Shown here piece by piece: positions 38,944 to 48,754 of a stretch of 64,000 nt of DNA. The notes under the pieces are model-generated. The model saw nothing but the letters and a program-made list of their open reading frames with translations. It did no database searches and was not told the origin of the DNA. The first letter of the stretch is position 1, and each line of letters opens with the position of its first letter. The translations under genes and the position numbers were made by a program. This DNA is from Bdellovibrio sp. (GTDB lineage: Bacteria; Bdellovibrionota; Bdellovibrionia; Bdellovibrionales; Bdellovibrionaceae): positions 160,001-224,000 of the forward strand of contig JAKFCY010000003.1 in NCBI GenBank assembly GCA_036676395.1, written 5' to 3'.

Positions 38944-40804
38944 TTTAGTTATATTTTTATTTCTAATAGTGAAAGCCCCACTTGTTTGGGGCTTTTCTAT
39001 TTCTGATAAGGCTTTACGCCTGCAAAGTTATCTAAATACGGCCCGCCAAGAAAAATTATGGAATGATCCTCAGTGGTTAGCTTTAGGCCATTACGAAAAA
39101 AAATACTTTTCTTATAGCTCGCCCTTTACTCAAGGCTTTTTTCTTGATGCCGATGGCGCAAATTCACCAGAAAAAGAATTACTTAAAACTATTGAGCTAC
39201 TTTATGGCGACAATGATCAACGCCTGCAATGCCGTTATTTAGCGCGGGCCCAATGGTTAAATGCGATCTTAAAAACTGATGCCCAAGATAGATTACCCTG
39301 CGAAGAGCGCCAACTCTGGAAAAAACAACTTAACGTCAAAGGTGTTTCTTTAATTTTTGCCGCCAGTGACATGGGTAATGCTTCATCAAGTTTTGGCCAT
39401 ACTTTTTTAAAAATCGTAAACCCCGAAAATGCACAGAATAAAGATTTAATTGATTACGGCATTAACTATGCCGCCAACGCCGATGCCAGCGAAGGTGTAT
39501 TTTATGCGCTTAAAGGTTTATTTGGCATGTACGATGGCCAATTTACTATGCTTCCGTATCATCAAAAAATTCGCGAATACATTAATTTAGAAGGCCGAGA
39601 TATCTGGGAATATTATTTTAACTTCACGCCTGAAGAAACTGATTTTTTAGTGAATCACCTGATCGAAATGGAAACTGCGCGCGCTCCGTATTATTTTTTT
39701 AGTGATAACTGCTCATATCAAATTTTAAAAACATTAGAAGTAGTACGCCCTGATTTAAAACTTTCACAAGAGTTTCGCTATTTTACTATCCCAATCGATA
39801 CGGTCAAAAAATTAACTGGTTTACCTACTCCGGTTTTTGTTGCACGTAAGTATAAAAAATCACTTAAAACGGATTACCTTGAATCATTTGCAAAACTTGG
39901 CATATTACAAAAAAAAGCACTTGATATCGCTGTCATTGATTTAAATATACCCGATGATTATGAACTTTTAAAATTAGAAAAGGCGCAAGTCTATGAAACC
40001 GCGATGAAATATTATTCGTTGCGCGCATTTACGTCGGACAAAGATTACGACAATGAAAAATACCAATTGTTTTTAAAAAGAGCTTCAATGGGTATTGTAG
40101 CTGGCGCTGATTATGTTTCTAACCCAGAGCCTCCTGAAGATAGCCATGATTCATCAGCTCTGTATTTTGGTATGGGGCAAAGTGATTTTGAAAATGAAAT
40201 GTTAACCTATACCAGTTTAAAATTCAGACATGCCTTACATGATTTAGAACAGCAAGATTTCGGAACAGTGACCTTTAGTCAGAATGAAATGGCCTCTATC
40301 GAAGCTCGTTACCTAAATACTAACGAAGAAGCTAAGAATTTTCATATTTATAAGTTTACAGCTTTAAATTTAGTGAACTTAAACCCCGTTACTCAGCTAG
40401 ATAAAAATTTTTCGTGGAAATTCCGTGCGGAACTTGTGAATAACATGGAAACATTCACGGATGATGTCTTTACCAGTGATATTGAAGCCTCGGGCGGATA
40501 TAGCTATGATTTAGCGTTGTTTGAACGCACGCGTATAGCTTATTTAATGACCGCGCGACACTGGGATAATTCAATTAATAGCATCGGACCAGAAATTCTA
40601 TTGGTTAGCCGTCTATTGCCCAACTTAGGATTTTCTTTAGATTTAACTTATTTTGGGCAAAATAAAAGATCTGATTTTTTGCGCTATAAAAGTAAAGTGA
40701 ATTACACATTTAGAAAAAACTTTGATATCCAGTTCGCAACTGAAAATGGCATCAACAAAGAAATCCATCAGCAATTGCAATTGGTGTGGAATTTTATTTT
40801 ATAA
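38924..40804 (+). CDS. DUF4105/Lnb N-terminal-like domain protein with probable C-terminal beta-barrel
   Basis: SSSFGHTFL, EGRDIWEY, YYFFSDNCS; alternating beta-strand C-terminus. Confidence 0.82.
   Translation: MHATVLNLVIFLFLIVKAPLVWGFSISDKALRLQSYLNTARQEKLWNDPQWLALGHYEKKYFSYSSPFTQGFFLDADGANSPEKELLKTIELLYGDNDQRLQCRYLARAQWLNAILKTDAQDRLPCEERQLWKKQLNVKGVSLIFAASDMGNASSSFGHTFLKIVNPENAQNKDLIDYGINYAANADASEGVFYALKGLFGMYDGQFTMLPYHQKIREYINLEGRDIWEYYFNFTPEETDFLVNHLIEMETARAPYYFFSDNCSYQILKTLEVVRPDLKLSQEFRYFTIPIDTVKKLTGLPTPVFVARKYKKSLKTDYLESFAKLGILQKKALDIAVIDLNIPDDYELLKLEKAQVYETAMKYYSLRAFTSDKDYDNEKYQLFLKRASMGIVAGADYVSNPEPPEDSHDSSALYFGMGQSDFENEMLTYTSLKFRHALHDLEQQDFGTVTFSQNEMASIEARYLNTNEEAKNFHIYKFTALNLVNLNPVTQLDKNFSWKFRAELVNNMETFTDDVFTSDIEASGGYSYDLALFERTRIAYLMTARHWDNSINSIGPEILLVSRLLPNLGFSLDLTYFGQNKRSDFLRYKSKVNYTFRKNFDIQFATENGINKEIHQQLQLVWNFIL
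38972..39002 (+). terminator. Intrinsic terminator after the DUF3015 gene, inside the 5' end of the DUF4105 CDS
   Basis: AAAGCCCCA-CTTGTT-TGGGGCTTT then TCTATTT. Confidence 0.7.
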
Positions 40805-40833
40805 TTATTCTAACTATGTAAGACGGTTTTCAG
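40805..40833. repeat. Direct repeat copy 1 (duplicate of nitroreductase 3' end)
   Basis: TTATTCTAACTATGTAAGACGGTTTTCAG, 28/29 identical to 41875-41903. Confidence 0.9.
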
Positions 40834-40919
40834 CAATTTGAGACCTTTGTCTGCATAAATAAAATTTTCTTGAGTTACTTTGTTCCATCATAGAATATTA
40901 CTTTTACATTGGGGAACTT

Positions 40920-41858
40920 TTGAAACTAACTGCATTTACAAACTTCGTATTGGTTACAATTTTCACGCTATCAGCAAACGCTGGATTGATGAAGGTAGGC
41001 AGCATTTCTGCAATACTAGGTGGCCAAGAAACCGCAGAAATTCAAATTGATCAAGGAGTTGATGTTCAACCTTCGACAACTCTGTTTATTGGAGATAAGC
41101 AAACTAACTGCGAAGTTAAAGTAAAAAAGCAAACTACTAAGATTTTTTTAGTAGATCTTTCTTCATGTAATAACAGTACAGTCTATTCAGTAAATTCAGA
41201 TGCATTCGTTTATTCTGAAGACTACTCAGATCAAGAGCCAACGTCTCCGACGCAAGTGGCACCTGTGCAGCCCACAGAACTTGTAAAGCTGGAGAAAGTT
41301 CAGTTTACAAACTTTGGTGGTGGACTACGCACAAACCAATCTCTTATCTTCGATGATTTAAGAATTTCAGATGGAACAACTTCAGAAGTGAGTGACCTTA
41401 AATATGAATCGGACACTCCATCATTCTTTCTAGATTTCAATCACATAAATGCTAAACAAAACTCGTGGGGTTGGATGGTTGGTCTTTCGTATTGGACAGT
41501 AGAGTGGGATGAAGCTAGTGGTTTTGGCGAAACTCTAAATCTGAATAACACCGAATCTTCTATATTAAATTTTTACGGAAGCGGAGTTTACAGATTTAAT
41601 TCTGGATTTGTTCAATTTGGTTTGAATGCATCTAGTATTAGTTCAAAAAACTCTCCTTTCTTGGAAGCAAGCAAAGGTTCTTTAGGCGCGCAATTAGGCG
41701 GTGGTTTTTTTGTAAGCGAAAATGTAATGTTGGCTATTGAATCTCGAGCCATTTCATACGGCACAATTACATATACTCAAGGATCTACATCTCTAGTCGC
41801 AGACAACGCCGGATTTTATTCTGGATTGAATCTAGCACTTTACTTTACTTTACTTTAA
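40920..41858 (+). CDS. Exported protein with C-terminal outer-membrane beta-barrel
   Basis: TTG start with GGGGA RBS, ANA signal peptide, Pro/Thr linker, LGAQLGGGF and YSGLNLALYF strands. Confidence 0.75.
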   Translation: MKLTAFTNFVLVTIFTLSANAGLMKVGSISAILGGQETAEIQIDQGVDVQPSTTLFIGDKQTNCEVKVKKQTTKIFLVDLSSCNNSTVYSVNSDAFVYSEDYSDQEPTSPTQVAPVQPTELVKLEKVQFTNFGGGLRTNQSLIFDDLRISDGTTSEVSDLKYESDTPSFFLDFNHINAKQNSWGWMVGLSYWTVEWDEASGFGETLNLNNTESSILNFYGSGVYRFNSGFVQFGLNASSISSKNSPFLEASKGSLGAQLGGGFFVSENVMLAIESRAISYGTITYTQGSTSLVADNAGFYSGLNLALYFTLL

Positions 41859-41874
41859 ATTAGCGATTTATAAT

Positions 41875-41903
41875 TTATTCTAACCATGTAAGACGGTTTT
41901 CAG
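41875..41903. repeat. Direct repeat copy 2 (nitroreductase 3' end)
   Basis: TTATTCTAACCATGTAAGACGGTTTTCAG. Confidence 0.9.
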
Positions 41904-42477
41904 TCTGGCGTGGCGGCTTAGGTGGCGTGTGATCTGGGTATCCAATCACAATGCCGCAAAGAAGTTCTAATTCACCCGCCTGATATTCGGGTAACTCTGT
42001 TACTCCTAAAAATTTATCGACTTCGTGCTTGATCTCAAGTGGAGCACCCATCGTGCAACAACCTAAGCCTTCAATCTGGCAGGCAAGATTAATATTTTGT
42101 ACGGCCATGTAGACACTACCGATGCTAGTGTAATGACGTTCTTCTGGCGAATTATTTGAATAACAAAATACCAAGACTGGTGCGTTACCTAAGGTGAAAA
42201 AAAATCTTTCAGTAAAATCGTATAAAGAAGGTTTTAATTTTTTTTGTAAAATATCTTTAATGCCTAGCCAAGATTTCTGCGAATATTTTAAATATTCATC
42301 ACGCTTTTTTCCCTGCACGATAAAAAACCTCCAGTTTTGGCGGTTCTTGCCTGAAGGGGCGTGAAAAGCTGCTTCATTAAATATTCTTTCTAAGACCTGT
42401 TTAGGCACGGGATCACTTTTATATTGGCGAATAGATTTACGACTTTGGACGAGTTCGTAGAATTCTTGTGACGTCAT
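41875..42477 (-). CDS. Nitroreductase family protein
   Basis: RKSIRQY, APSGKNRQNWRF, AVQNINLA...GLG, IGYP. Confidence 0.93.
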   Translation of the reverse strand: MTSQEFYELVQSRKSIRQYKSDPVPKQVLERIFNEAAFHAPSGKNRQNWRFFIVQGKKRDEYLKYSQKSWLGIKDILQKKLKPSLYDFTERFFFTLGNAPVLVFCYSNNSPEERHYTSIGSVYMAVQNINLACQIEGLGCCTMGAPLEIKHEVDKFLGVTELPEYQAGELELLCGIVIGYPDHTPPKPPRQTENRLTWLE

Positions 42478-42513
42478 TTGACCCCCTTAGGCTTATAGAA
42501 CAAAATAATAGCT

Positions 42514-42987
42514 ATGAATCAGTCCGTTGAAAATGAAAAATCTATCTCAATCCCCCTATTAATTGGGGCTTTGGTTATTTCGCTTATTTTTGCTGTCGGT
42601 TCGTCTATGACATCGGTCAGAAGAATCTTTGATTCTAATACCGAAGAGCGTAAAATTTTGGCCAAAGTGTTTACCGAATACAACGGCAAAGCTTTTGTGG
42701 TCTTTAAAATTAAGACAAATGCCGGCATTGAGATCGAAATTTACGAAAAAGACTTAGCTAACAATAACCAGCAGTTTAAACAGCGCTTTCCGTTAAGTGA
42801 TGATGTTGAAGCCTATTTGATGGTGAATAACAATTCGATGAATTTAGGCTTAGTCGATGTTAATAATGACGGCCAAATGGATGTGATTGCTCCAACCGTA
42901 GACAAAAATGGCAATTCGCGACTAAATGTTTTTCAATTCAATTCAGATTTAAATTCTTTTGTGCCTTATGTTGAAGGCGCACCTTAA
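42514..42987 (+). CDS. Membrane-anchored hypothetical protein with a DxNxDG (FG-GAP/VCBS-like) Ca-binding motif
   Basis: N-terminal TM; DVNNDGQMDV. Confidence 0.75.
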   Translation: MNQSVENEKSISIPLLIGALVISLIFAVGSSMTSVRRIFDSNTEERKILAKVFTEYNGKAFVVFKIKTNAGIEIEIYEKDLANNNQQFKQRFPLSDDVEAYLMVNNNSMNLGLVDVNNDGQMDVIAPTVDKNGNSRLNVFQFNSDLNSFVPYVEGAP

Positions 42988-43746
42988 TTATTTATTTTTA
43001 AGAATAAATTTATAAGCGCGGTATGAAACTTTTCTGCGTTCGTAATAAGTTCCTGCGACCATGCCATTATCTAATTTGTAGAGTTGAAAATTGTTTCTTT
43101 CGTTCGTGTCGCTGATCACCAAGCCATCGCGTCCAACAAGTTGCATACCGAAGTCGCCATTAAAATCAGCCTTTACAATACCATCTTTGCCTTTATTAAT
43201 TTCAAAACTTCCGGAAATAGTCGGCATTGCAGGATCTGGATTCTGCTTAATCACCAGTTTTAAAGTGTAGACAGATTCTTGCCTGCGGTTAACGACCGGG
43301 CCTTCATAAGTTCCAAAAAAACGGGCATAATTCTGGGTATTGGCTACCGTTGAAATTTCGCTTAACTTTTTCATTCGAATTCTTAGTTTTTGCAACAATT
43401 CAAAAACTTCAGGGCCGGTTTTAGCTGCGGCTAGTTTTTTTTCATTCGCAATCACAGTTTGATCAACATTATCTTTGGGTTCATCTCTTTCGGTGATTAA
43501 TTCGATGTCGTTATCGAGCTGGGCGGTTTCGGTAATGGCTGATACAGGTGTTACTGTGTTGCTTACGGCAGCGCCAATCGGAATTCTTGCAGTAATGACC
43601 GTCTGTTGGGTCGCAGCTTGTTCGGCGATCACTGCTTGGATTACTGCAGATTCTTCAATTTTAACTTCTTTAGGAGGCTCTGTGCGTTTAAGAAATGCGA
43701 AATACCCCAGAGCCAAAATTAATACAGCGACAAAAAACTTAGTCAT
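42988..43746 (-). CDS. Membrane-anchored hypothetical protein
   Basis: N-terminal TM, low-complexity linker, beta-rich C-domain; start overlaps the mltG stop. Confidence 0.75.
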   Translation of the reverse strand: MTKFFVAVLILALGYFAFLKRTEPPKEVKIEESAVIQAVIAEQAATQQTVITARIPIGAAVSNTVTPVSAITETAQLDNDIELITERDEPKDNVDQTVIANEKKLAAAKTGPEVFELLQKLRIRMKKLSEISTVANTQNYARFFGTYEGPVVNRRQESVYTLKLVIKQNPDPAMPTISGSFEINKGKDGIVKADFNGDFGMQLVGRDGLVISDTNERNNFQLYKLDNGMVAGTYYERRKVSYRAYKFILKNK

Positions 43747-44843
43747 TAGTTTTTCGTCGTTGTTTTTTTCTTAAGATCACGCCAAGACTTTCCTGAGCGT
43801 GCTTTCGGGTCAACCTGAAAAGTTTTAACTGCCGCATTGTGAGCATCTAAACTTTCAGAAAACTGATGCGTGCCATCGTTATGACTTACGAAAAATAAAT
43901 ATTTAGACGGTAACGGTTTTAAAGCCGCTAACAAGGCTTCTTTACCTGGATTAGATATCGGCGTTGGCGGTAAGCCGTAAATCGTATACGTATTATGTTT
44001 TGTCGGTGTTAATAAATCAGTGCGGGTAATGTTTTTTGGCATTTGTCCGCGAGCTAAAGCTACCCCATACAATACCGTTGGATCAGTTTGCAGACGCATA
44101 TTTTTATCTAAACGGTTATGAAACACTGATGAAACCAACGGGCGCTCTTCTTTAGCGCCGGTTTCTTTTTCAACGATACTGGCAAAAGTAACTAATTGGT
44201 TACGATTCCATTTTCGCTGTGGAAAAGTTTGGTTAAAAGTCATTATTTCAGGCTGAATTTCTGAATACACTGCTAAAAACCGGCGCACCATTTGCGTGAT
44301 GATATCTTTTTGTGAATCAAATTTTGTAACTTTATAAGTTTCAGGAAATAAATAACCTTCTAATGAATCAAGCTTTTCACCTAACAACGATTGAATAAAT
44401 TCACGATCACGAAACAAGGTAAATGCTTCTTGTTTGGTGCCGTAATTATTTCTTTCTAACAGTTCTGCGATATCCCACATATTCAGGCCTTCAGCCACTG
44501 TGAAATTTCTGGCAACACTTTTGCCAGAAGTGATCACCGCTAAAATCTCATCCGGAGTCATCGCTGCATTTAGTGCGTATTCACCCCGTTTAAGTTTAGG
44601 ATTCATGCCGCGGTAGCGCGAATACCATTGAAATAACTTTGCACTTTTAACTAGTTTTGCAGTCTCTAGATTTTGCGCAACTGTAGGCATCGACTGCCCG
44701 GGGTTTACATCAAATAATATTTCAGTGTTATCGCTGGTTACACCTGTGCGTAAAAACTGATAGCTGAAATAGGCTAAAGAAATAGATAGAGCAACAACAA
44801 ATACTGTTGTTGCAGAAAGTATCGTCTTCATTTTTTTATTCAA
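43746..44843 (-). CDS. mltG: Endolytic transglycosylase MltG (YceG)
   Basis: LEGYLFPETY, ASIVEKET, VFHNRL, LQTDPT, GLPPTPISNPG. Confidence 0.96.
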   Translation of the reverse strand: MNKKMKTILSATTVFVVALSISLAYFSYQFLRTGVTSDNTEILFDVNPGQSMPTVAQNLETAKLVKSAKLFQWYSRYRGMNPKLKRGEYALNAAMTPDEILAVITSGKSVARNFTVAEGLNMWDIAELLERNNYGTKQEAFTLFRDREFIQSLLGEKLDSLEGYLFPETYKVTKFDSQKDIITQMVRRFLAVYSEIQPEIMTFNQTFPQRKWNRNQLVTFASIVEKETGAKEERPLVSSVFHNRLDKNMRLQTDPTVLYGVALARGQMPKNITRTDLLTPTKHNTYTIYGLPPTPISNPGKEALLAALKPLPSKYLFFVSHNDGTHQFSESLDAHNAAVKTFQVDPKARSGKSWRDLKKKTTTKN

Positions 44844-46341
44844 GAGTTACTCCAGGAAGTAGCTTGGTTTTATCTAAAGTTGTTGGGTCTTCTAAACTTG
44901 CCATTGGCACTGTTGTGTATTGAACTGCAAAATGTGCAGATGGGCGGTCATTACCAGATTTACCCATGCCACCGAATGGTAAGCGTGAACTTGCTCCATT
45001 CGTTGTTCGGTTCCAGTTTAATAAACCGACACGCGCTTTTAAAATAGCTTCATTATAAAGCTCTTTATTTTTGGTAAATAAAGCCATCGCCAAGCCGTAG
45101 CCTGTAGAATTCACCATCTCCATCGCGTTGTCAAAATCGCTTGAACGATAGATAGCAACATTTGGTCCGAAGATTTCAGTTTTTTGATAAACTGAATTTT
45201 TATCAAAACTTTTCACCAAATGAATACTTGGAGTCACGTAGTGACCTTTATTTTCAAGATCTAAAGCTTTACCCCGCATTAAGTTTTCACAATTTTCACG
45301 ATTTGCCATCTCTTGAAAACGAATATATTTTTCTACGGCTGCGCCATTAATCAACGGACCCATAAATGGATTTTTTGCCCAGTGACCAATTGTTAATTTT
45401 TTTGCAGTTTTATAAAAACGATCTGTAAATTCATCGGCAATTTTATCGTGTAAAATTACGCGTGAAGTTCCCGAACAACGCTGACCCGTTGACATGTAAG
45501 CACCCACGATTGTTTCATAGATGGCTTTATCCATATCAGTGTCATCCCAAACCACAGTTGTATTTTTACCGCCCATTTCAAGCGCTAAAATTTTCCAGTA
45601 GTGATTTAAGGTTTCTTGTTTAATCTTAAGGCCTACTTCATAAGAGCCGGTAAATAAAATTCCATCAATGGCTTCGTGAACAACAAGCCTACGACCTGTT
45701 TCTGCTTCACCGTGAATCATATTGAAAACGCCTGCAGGAAATTGCGCTTTTTCAAAAATTTGCGCGTACAACTGACCGACATAAGGAGTTTGCTCAGAGG
45801 GTTTATACACAATCGTGTTACCAGTCACTAAAGCTGGAATAATATGACCATTCGGTAAATGTGCCGGAAAATTAAATGGTCCAATCACCGCCATCACGCC
45901 ACGTGATTTAAAGCGGATAACACCTTCTACTTGCGGCAAAGCATTGGGAATGTGTTCTTCTTGAACTAATTTTAATGATTCATTAATTGTTACATCAATT
46001 TTTGCAGATAAAGCTTTAGCTTCAGAAGTTGCATCCCATAGGGCTTTACCAGTATCACGAGCAATGGCTTCTGCCATTTCTGCTTCATGAGCTATAAATA
46101 ATTCTTTTAAACGAAAACAATACTTTTTACGTTCGTCTAAAGAAAGTTTAGCCCAGGGCATGTACGCTTTTTTAGCGGCTGCAATCGCCTGTTCAACATG
46201 ATCCAAACTATAGCTTACAGTCATAATTTCGTCATTTAAATCTGCCGGAGAAATATCTTTAAATTGTCCGTCTGGTTTTTGGCCTTTAACGAATTGACCG
46301 TTTAAAAAATCACCTAAAAATGGAGTGGTTTTGTACGCCAT
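44836..46341 (-). CDS. astD: Succinylglutamate-semialdehyde dehydrogenase
   Basis: GPFNFPAHLPNGH, KPSEQTP, LEMGG, GQRC, PFGG.GKSGN.RPSA; next to astA. Confidence 0.88.
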   Translation of the reverse strand: MAYKTTPFLGDFLNGQFVKGQKPDGQFKDISPADLNDEIMTVSYSLDHVEQAIAAAKKAYMPWAKLSLDERKKYCFRLKELFIAHEAEMAEAIARDTGKALWDATSEAKALSAKIDVTINESLKLVQEEHIPNALPQVEGVIRFKSRGVMAVIGPFNFPAHLPNGHIIPALVTGNTIVYKPSEQTPYVGQLYAQIFEKAQFPAGVFNMIHGEAETGRRLVVHEAIDGILFTGSYEVGLKIKQETLNHYWKILALEMGGKNTTVVWDDTDMDKAIYETIVGAYMSTGQRCSGTSRVILHDKIADEFTDRFYKTAKKLTIGHWAKNPFMGPLINGAAVEKYIRFQEMANRENCENLMRGKALDLENKGHYVTPSIHLVKSFDKNSVYQKTEIFGPNVAIYRSSDFDNAMEMVNSTGYGLAMALFTKNKELYNEAILKARVGLLNWNRTTNGASSRLPFGGMGKSGNDRPSAHFAVQYTTVPMASLEDPTTLDKTKLLPGVTLE

Positions 46342-46344
46342 ATC

Positions 46345-47373
46345 TTACGCCTTCTTCCCAAATTCAAAAGGTGTTACAAACACCTCTTGATCTAAATCTA
46401 ATTTTAAACGGTCACGAGTTTTTGATGGCACAGCAACGTAGCCATCTTGGATATCGTAACCAGTTAACATACATTTGAAATCATCACTGCCGTAGCCGAT
46501 TAAACCCATTTGTTTATAGGCGGCTTCTTTGCCTTCGGTAACGCGAAGTTTTTTTCCGGCTTTGATCGGCAGAATCTTTTCCGTTTCACAGCCGTAATGT
46601 GGACCACCATCAAACGGGTCAACTTCATCTAAATATTGAAAACCAATATTTTCTAACAGATGTTGCGCAGGTTTTGTCGCTTCACCTACACGGCCAAGCA
46701 CCAAGCGCGCTTTTGAATCCAATAAACTTAAATAAATATCTTCTTCAGGAAATAACGACTCAATAAATTCTTTATTGGTCTGCGATAAAGCGTCAGCTTC
46801 CTGGTACGGTAAGCCTGTAAAACGACGTCCCAAGGCCTCCCAGAATTCGCTGCGGCCTTCGTCAGTTAATGGCGGTGTTAATTCACATAACACGCGCTTT
46901 TCAAAACGCTCTGGATTTAGTGCCATGTACACAAAACGGCTTAAAGAAATTTGTTTTCCTAAACGTTCTGGGCGACGACGATAAGCTTTATCAACTAATA
47001 AGCCACCAATTTCAGTTGGCCCGTCAGTGTCTAACTGAAAACGTAACACTTGGTGAATAAAACCGATTCCTAAATCTTGCGAAAAGTGATCACGTTTTAA
47101 AATTTTAAAATAACAATGGGGCACAGCTTCTGAACCATGCTTGGCAATAATTAATGAACTACCAACAACCATTTGTTCTTCAATGTCTTCAACCACAAAA
47201 ATATATTCTGATTTATCTTTTGGAAGATTTCCTGCAAAAGAGGCTTCACTACGCGCAATTTTTTCGGTCAGGATCTTACGATCACCCGGAAGATTTAATA
47301 AATTAAATTGCTTCGCTAAATCTGTTAATTGCGTAATATCGTCTTTGCTAACCGCTCTTACAATAAAGCTCAT
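46345..47373 (-). CDS. astA: Arginine/ornithine N-succinyltransferase
   Basis: TEIGGL, G.SEFWEALGRRF, VDPFDGGP; ATG 47373 overlaps the upstream stop. Confidence 0.9.
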   Translation of the reverse strand: MSFIVRAVSKDDITQLTDLAKQFNLLNLPGDRKILTEKIARSEASFAGNLPKDKSEYIFVVEDIEEQMVVGSSLIIAKHGSEAVPHCYFKILKRDHFSQDLGIGFIHQVLRFQLDTDGPTEIGGLLVDKAYRRRPERLGKQISLSRFVYMALNPERFEKRVLCELTPPLTDEGRSEFWEALGRRFTGLPYQEADALSQTNKEFIESLFPEEDIYLSLLDSKARLVLGRVGEATKPAQHLLENIGFQYLDEVDPFDGGPHYGCETEKILPIKAGKKLRVTEGKEAAYKQMGLIGYGSDDFKCMLTGYDIQDGYVAVPSKTRDRLKLDLDQEVFVTPFEFGKKA

Positions 47374-48752
47374 AAACAAAACCTTTCGATCATTCTGGTG
47401 TAGAATGATGTCATTAATTCTAAATGTTTAATTTCAACATGTTCATTCGGCGTATGAACATTGTTTTCTCGTTTGCCTGCGCCGACACAAATACATTCAA
47501 TGCCGATTCGTGAAAACAGGCTCGCTTCGTTGGTCGAAGCTAAACTTGTGCACTGGCTGGTTTGTCCAAGTTTTTCTAATTCGGCCAATGCGCCTTTAAT
47601 TAAAACTGATTTTTCATCAGTCCGAAATGGACGTTTGTAATCTTGCAAATTAAATTTTGCGCCTACTTTTTCGCAAGCGCTTGAAATCTTTAGCATCCAC
47701 TTTTCATAATCTTCTTGTCTTACGTTAGGAAGAATACGGCATGAGCCGCCGATTAAAATATGATCGTCAAAGGTTCTGATGATGCCGACACTGATCGTTG
47801 AATGTTCGGGTATAAATGCTTTATCAACCACCGATTTCATCTCGTTTTGCACATCAACCATCACGTTATATAAAAAATTAATTTTACGAATCGCCGGATC
47901 TTTAAAAGAAGCAGCGACATCTAATTCAACCATCGCTTGATTAGGAATCATGTTTTGCCTGGTTCCAGCATCCATATCGACGATCACGACATTATCTGGC
48001 ATCTTAGATAAGTAATCGAAAAGTTTAAGGGCGGCACTTTCACCTAAATGTGGTGTTGATGAATGCGCACTTTTGCCAGAAAAGATTTTTGACTGAGTTG
48101 AAATTGATTCAGACGCTGCGATGTTATGTTTGTATTCAACTTCTTCTTGCGAAAATGGAATACGCATTTCAACCGTGGCATAACCTTTGGCTGCGTTAAT
48201 GATATTTAAATCTGATGGGTCACCGATCAGTGCGTATTTTGCATTAATTTTATTTTTACGAATTAATTTAAGCGCGCCCTGCATTCCGGTTTCTTCACCG
48301 AAGGTACCCACCAACACTGGTTGCAAAGTGTTAAGTTTTATTCCTTTAAATTGCGTCATCGCTAAAAGTTTACATAAAAAATCTAACTTTACTTCGGCTG
48401 ATCCTAATCCATAAATGCGGCCATCTTCGATGACGGCATCGAACGGATTAAAATTATTTTTTTTCCATAAAGCAAAATTTCCGGGATCAACAGTATCAAG
48501 GTGGGCTTGTAATAAAAATTCATTTTGCCCAGTTTGAAATGGCTGTAAGCGCACAATGATATTGGCTTGGGTGATGCCGTTCTGCACTTCTTGCTGAACT
48601 TCGACATCAAAGCCTAGCTCGTAAGCTATTAAAGATAAATAATCTACAACCTCAACAGTCGAAGTTTGCGGTGAGCTGTCAAAAGCAATCAGCTTTCGAC
48701 AGGCGCCGACAAAATCAAATCCTTCAACTGAAGTGGTTTGGGGAGTAACCAA
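47370..48752 (-). CDS. M20 (ArgE/DapE-like) deacylase, probable succinylglutamate desuccinylase
   Basis: AHLDTV, GRIYGLG, GEETG, HTPNE metal-binding motifs; ast cluster context. Confidence 0.8.
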   Translation of the reverse strand: MVTPQTTSVEGFDFVGACRKLIAFDSSPQTSTVEVVDYLSLIAYELGFDVEVQQEVQNGITQANIIVRLQPFQTGQNEFLLQAHLDTVDPGNFALWKKNNFNPFDAVIEDGRIYGLGSAEVKLDFLCKLLAMTQFKGIKLNTLQPVLVGTFGEETGMQGALKLIRKNKINAKYALIGDPSDLNIINAAKGYATVEMRIPFSQEEVEYKHNIAASESISTQSKIFSGKSAHSSTPHLGESAALKLFDYLSKMPDNVVIVDMDAGTRQNMIPNQAMVELDVAASFKDPAIRKINFLYNVMVDVQNEMKSVVDKAFIPEHSTISVGIIRTFDDHILIGGSCRILPNVRQEDYEKWMLKISSACEKVGAKFNLQDYKRPFRTDEKSVLIKGALAELEKLGQTSQCTSLASTNEASLFSRIGIECICVGAGKRENNVHTPNEHVEIKHLELMTSFYTRMIERFCL

Positions 48753-48754
48753 TC

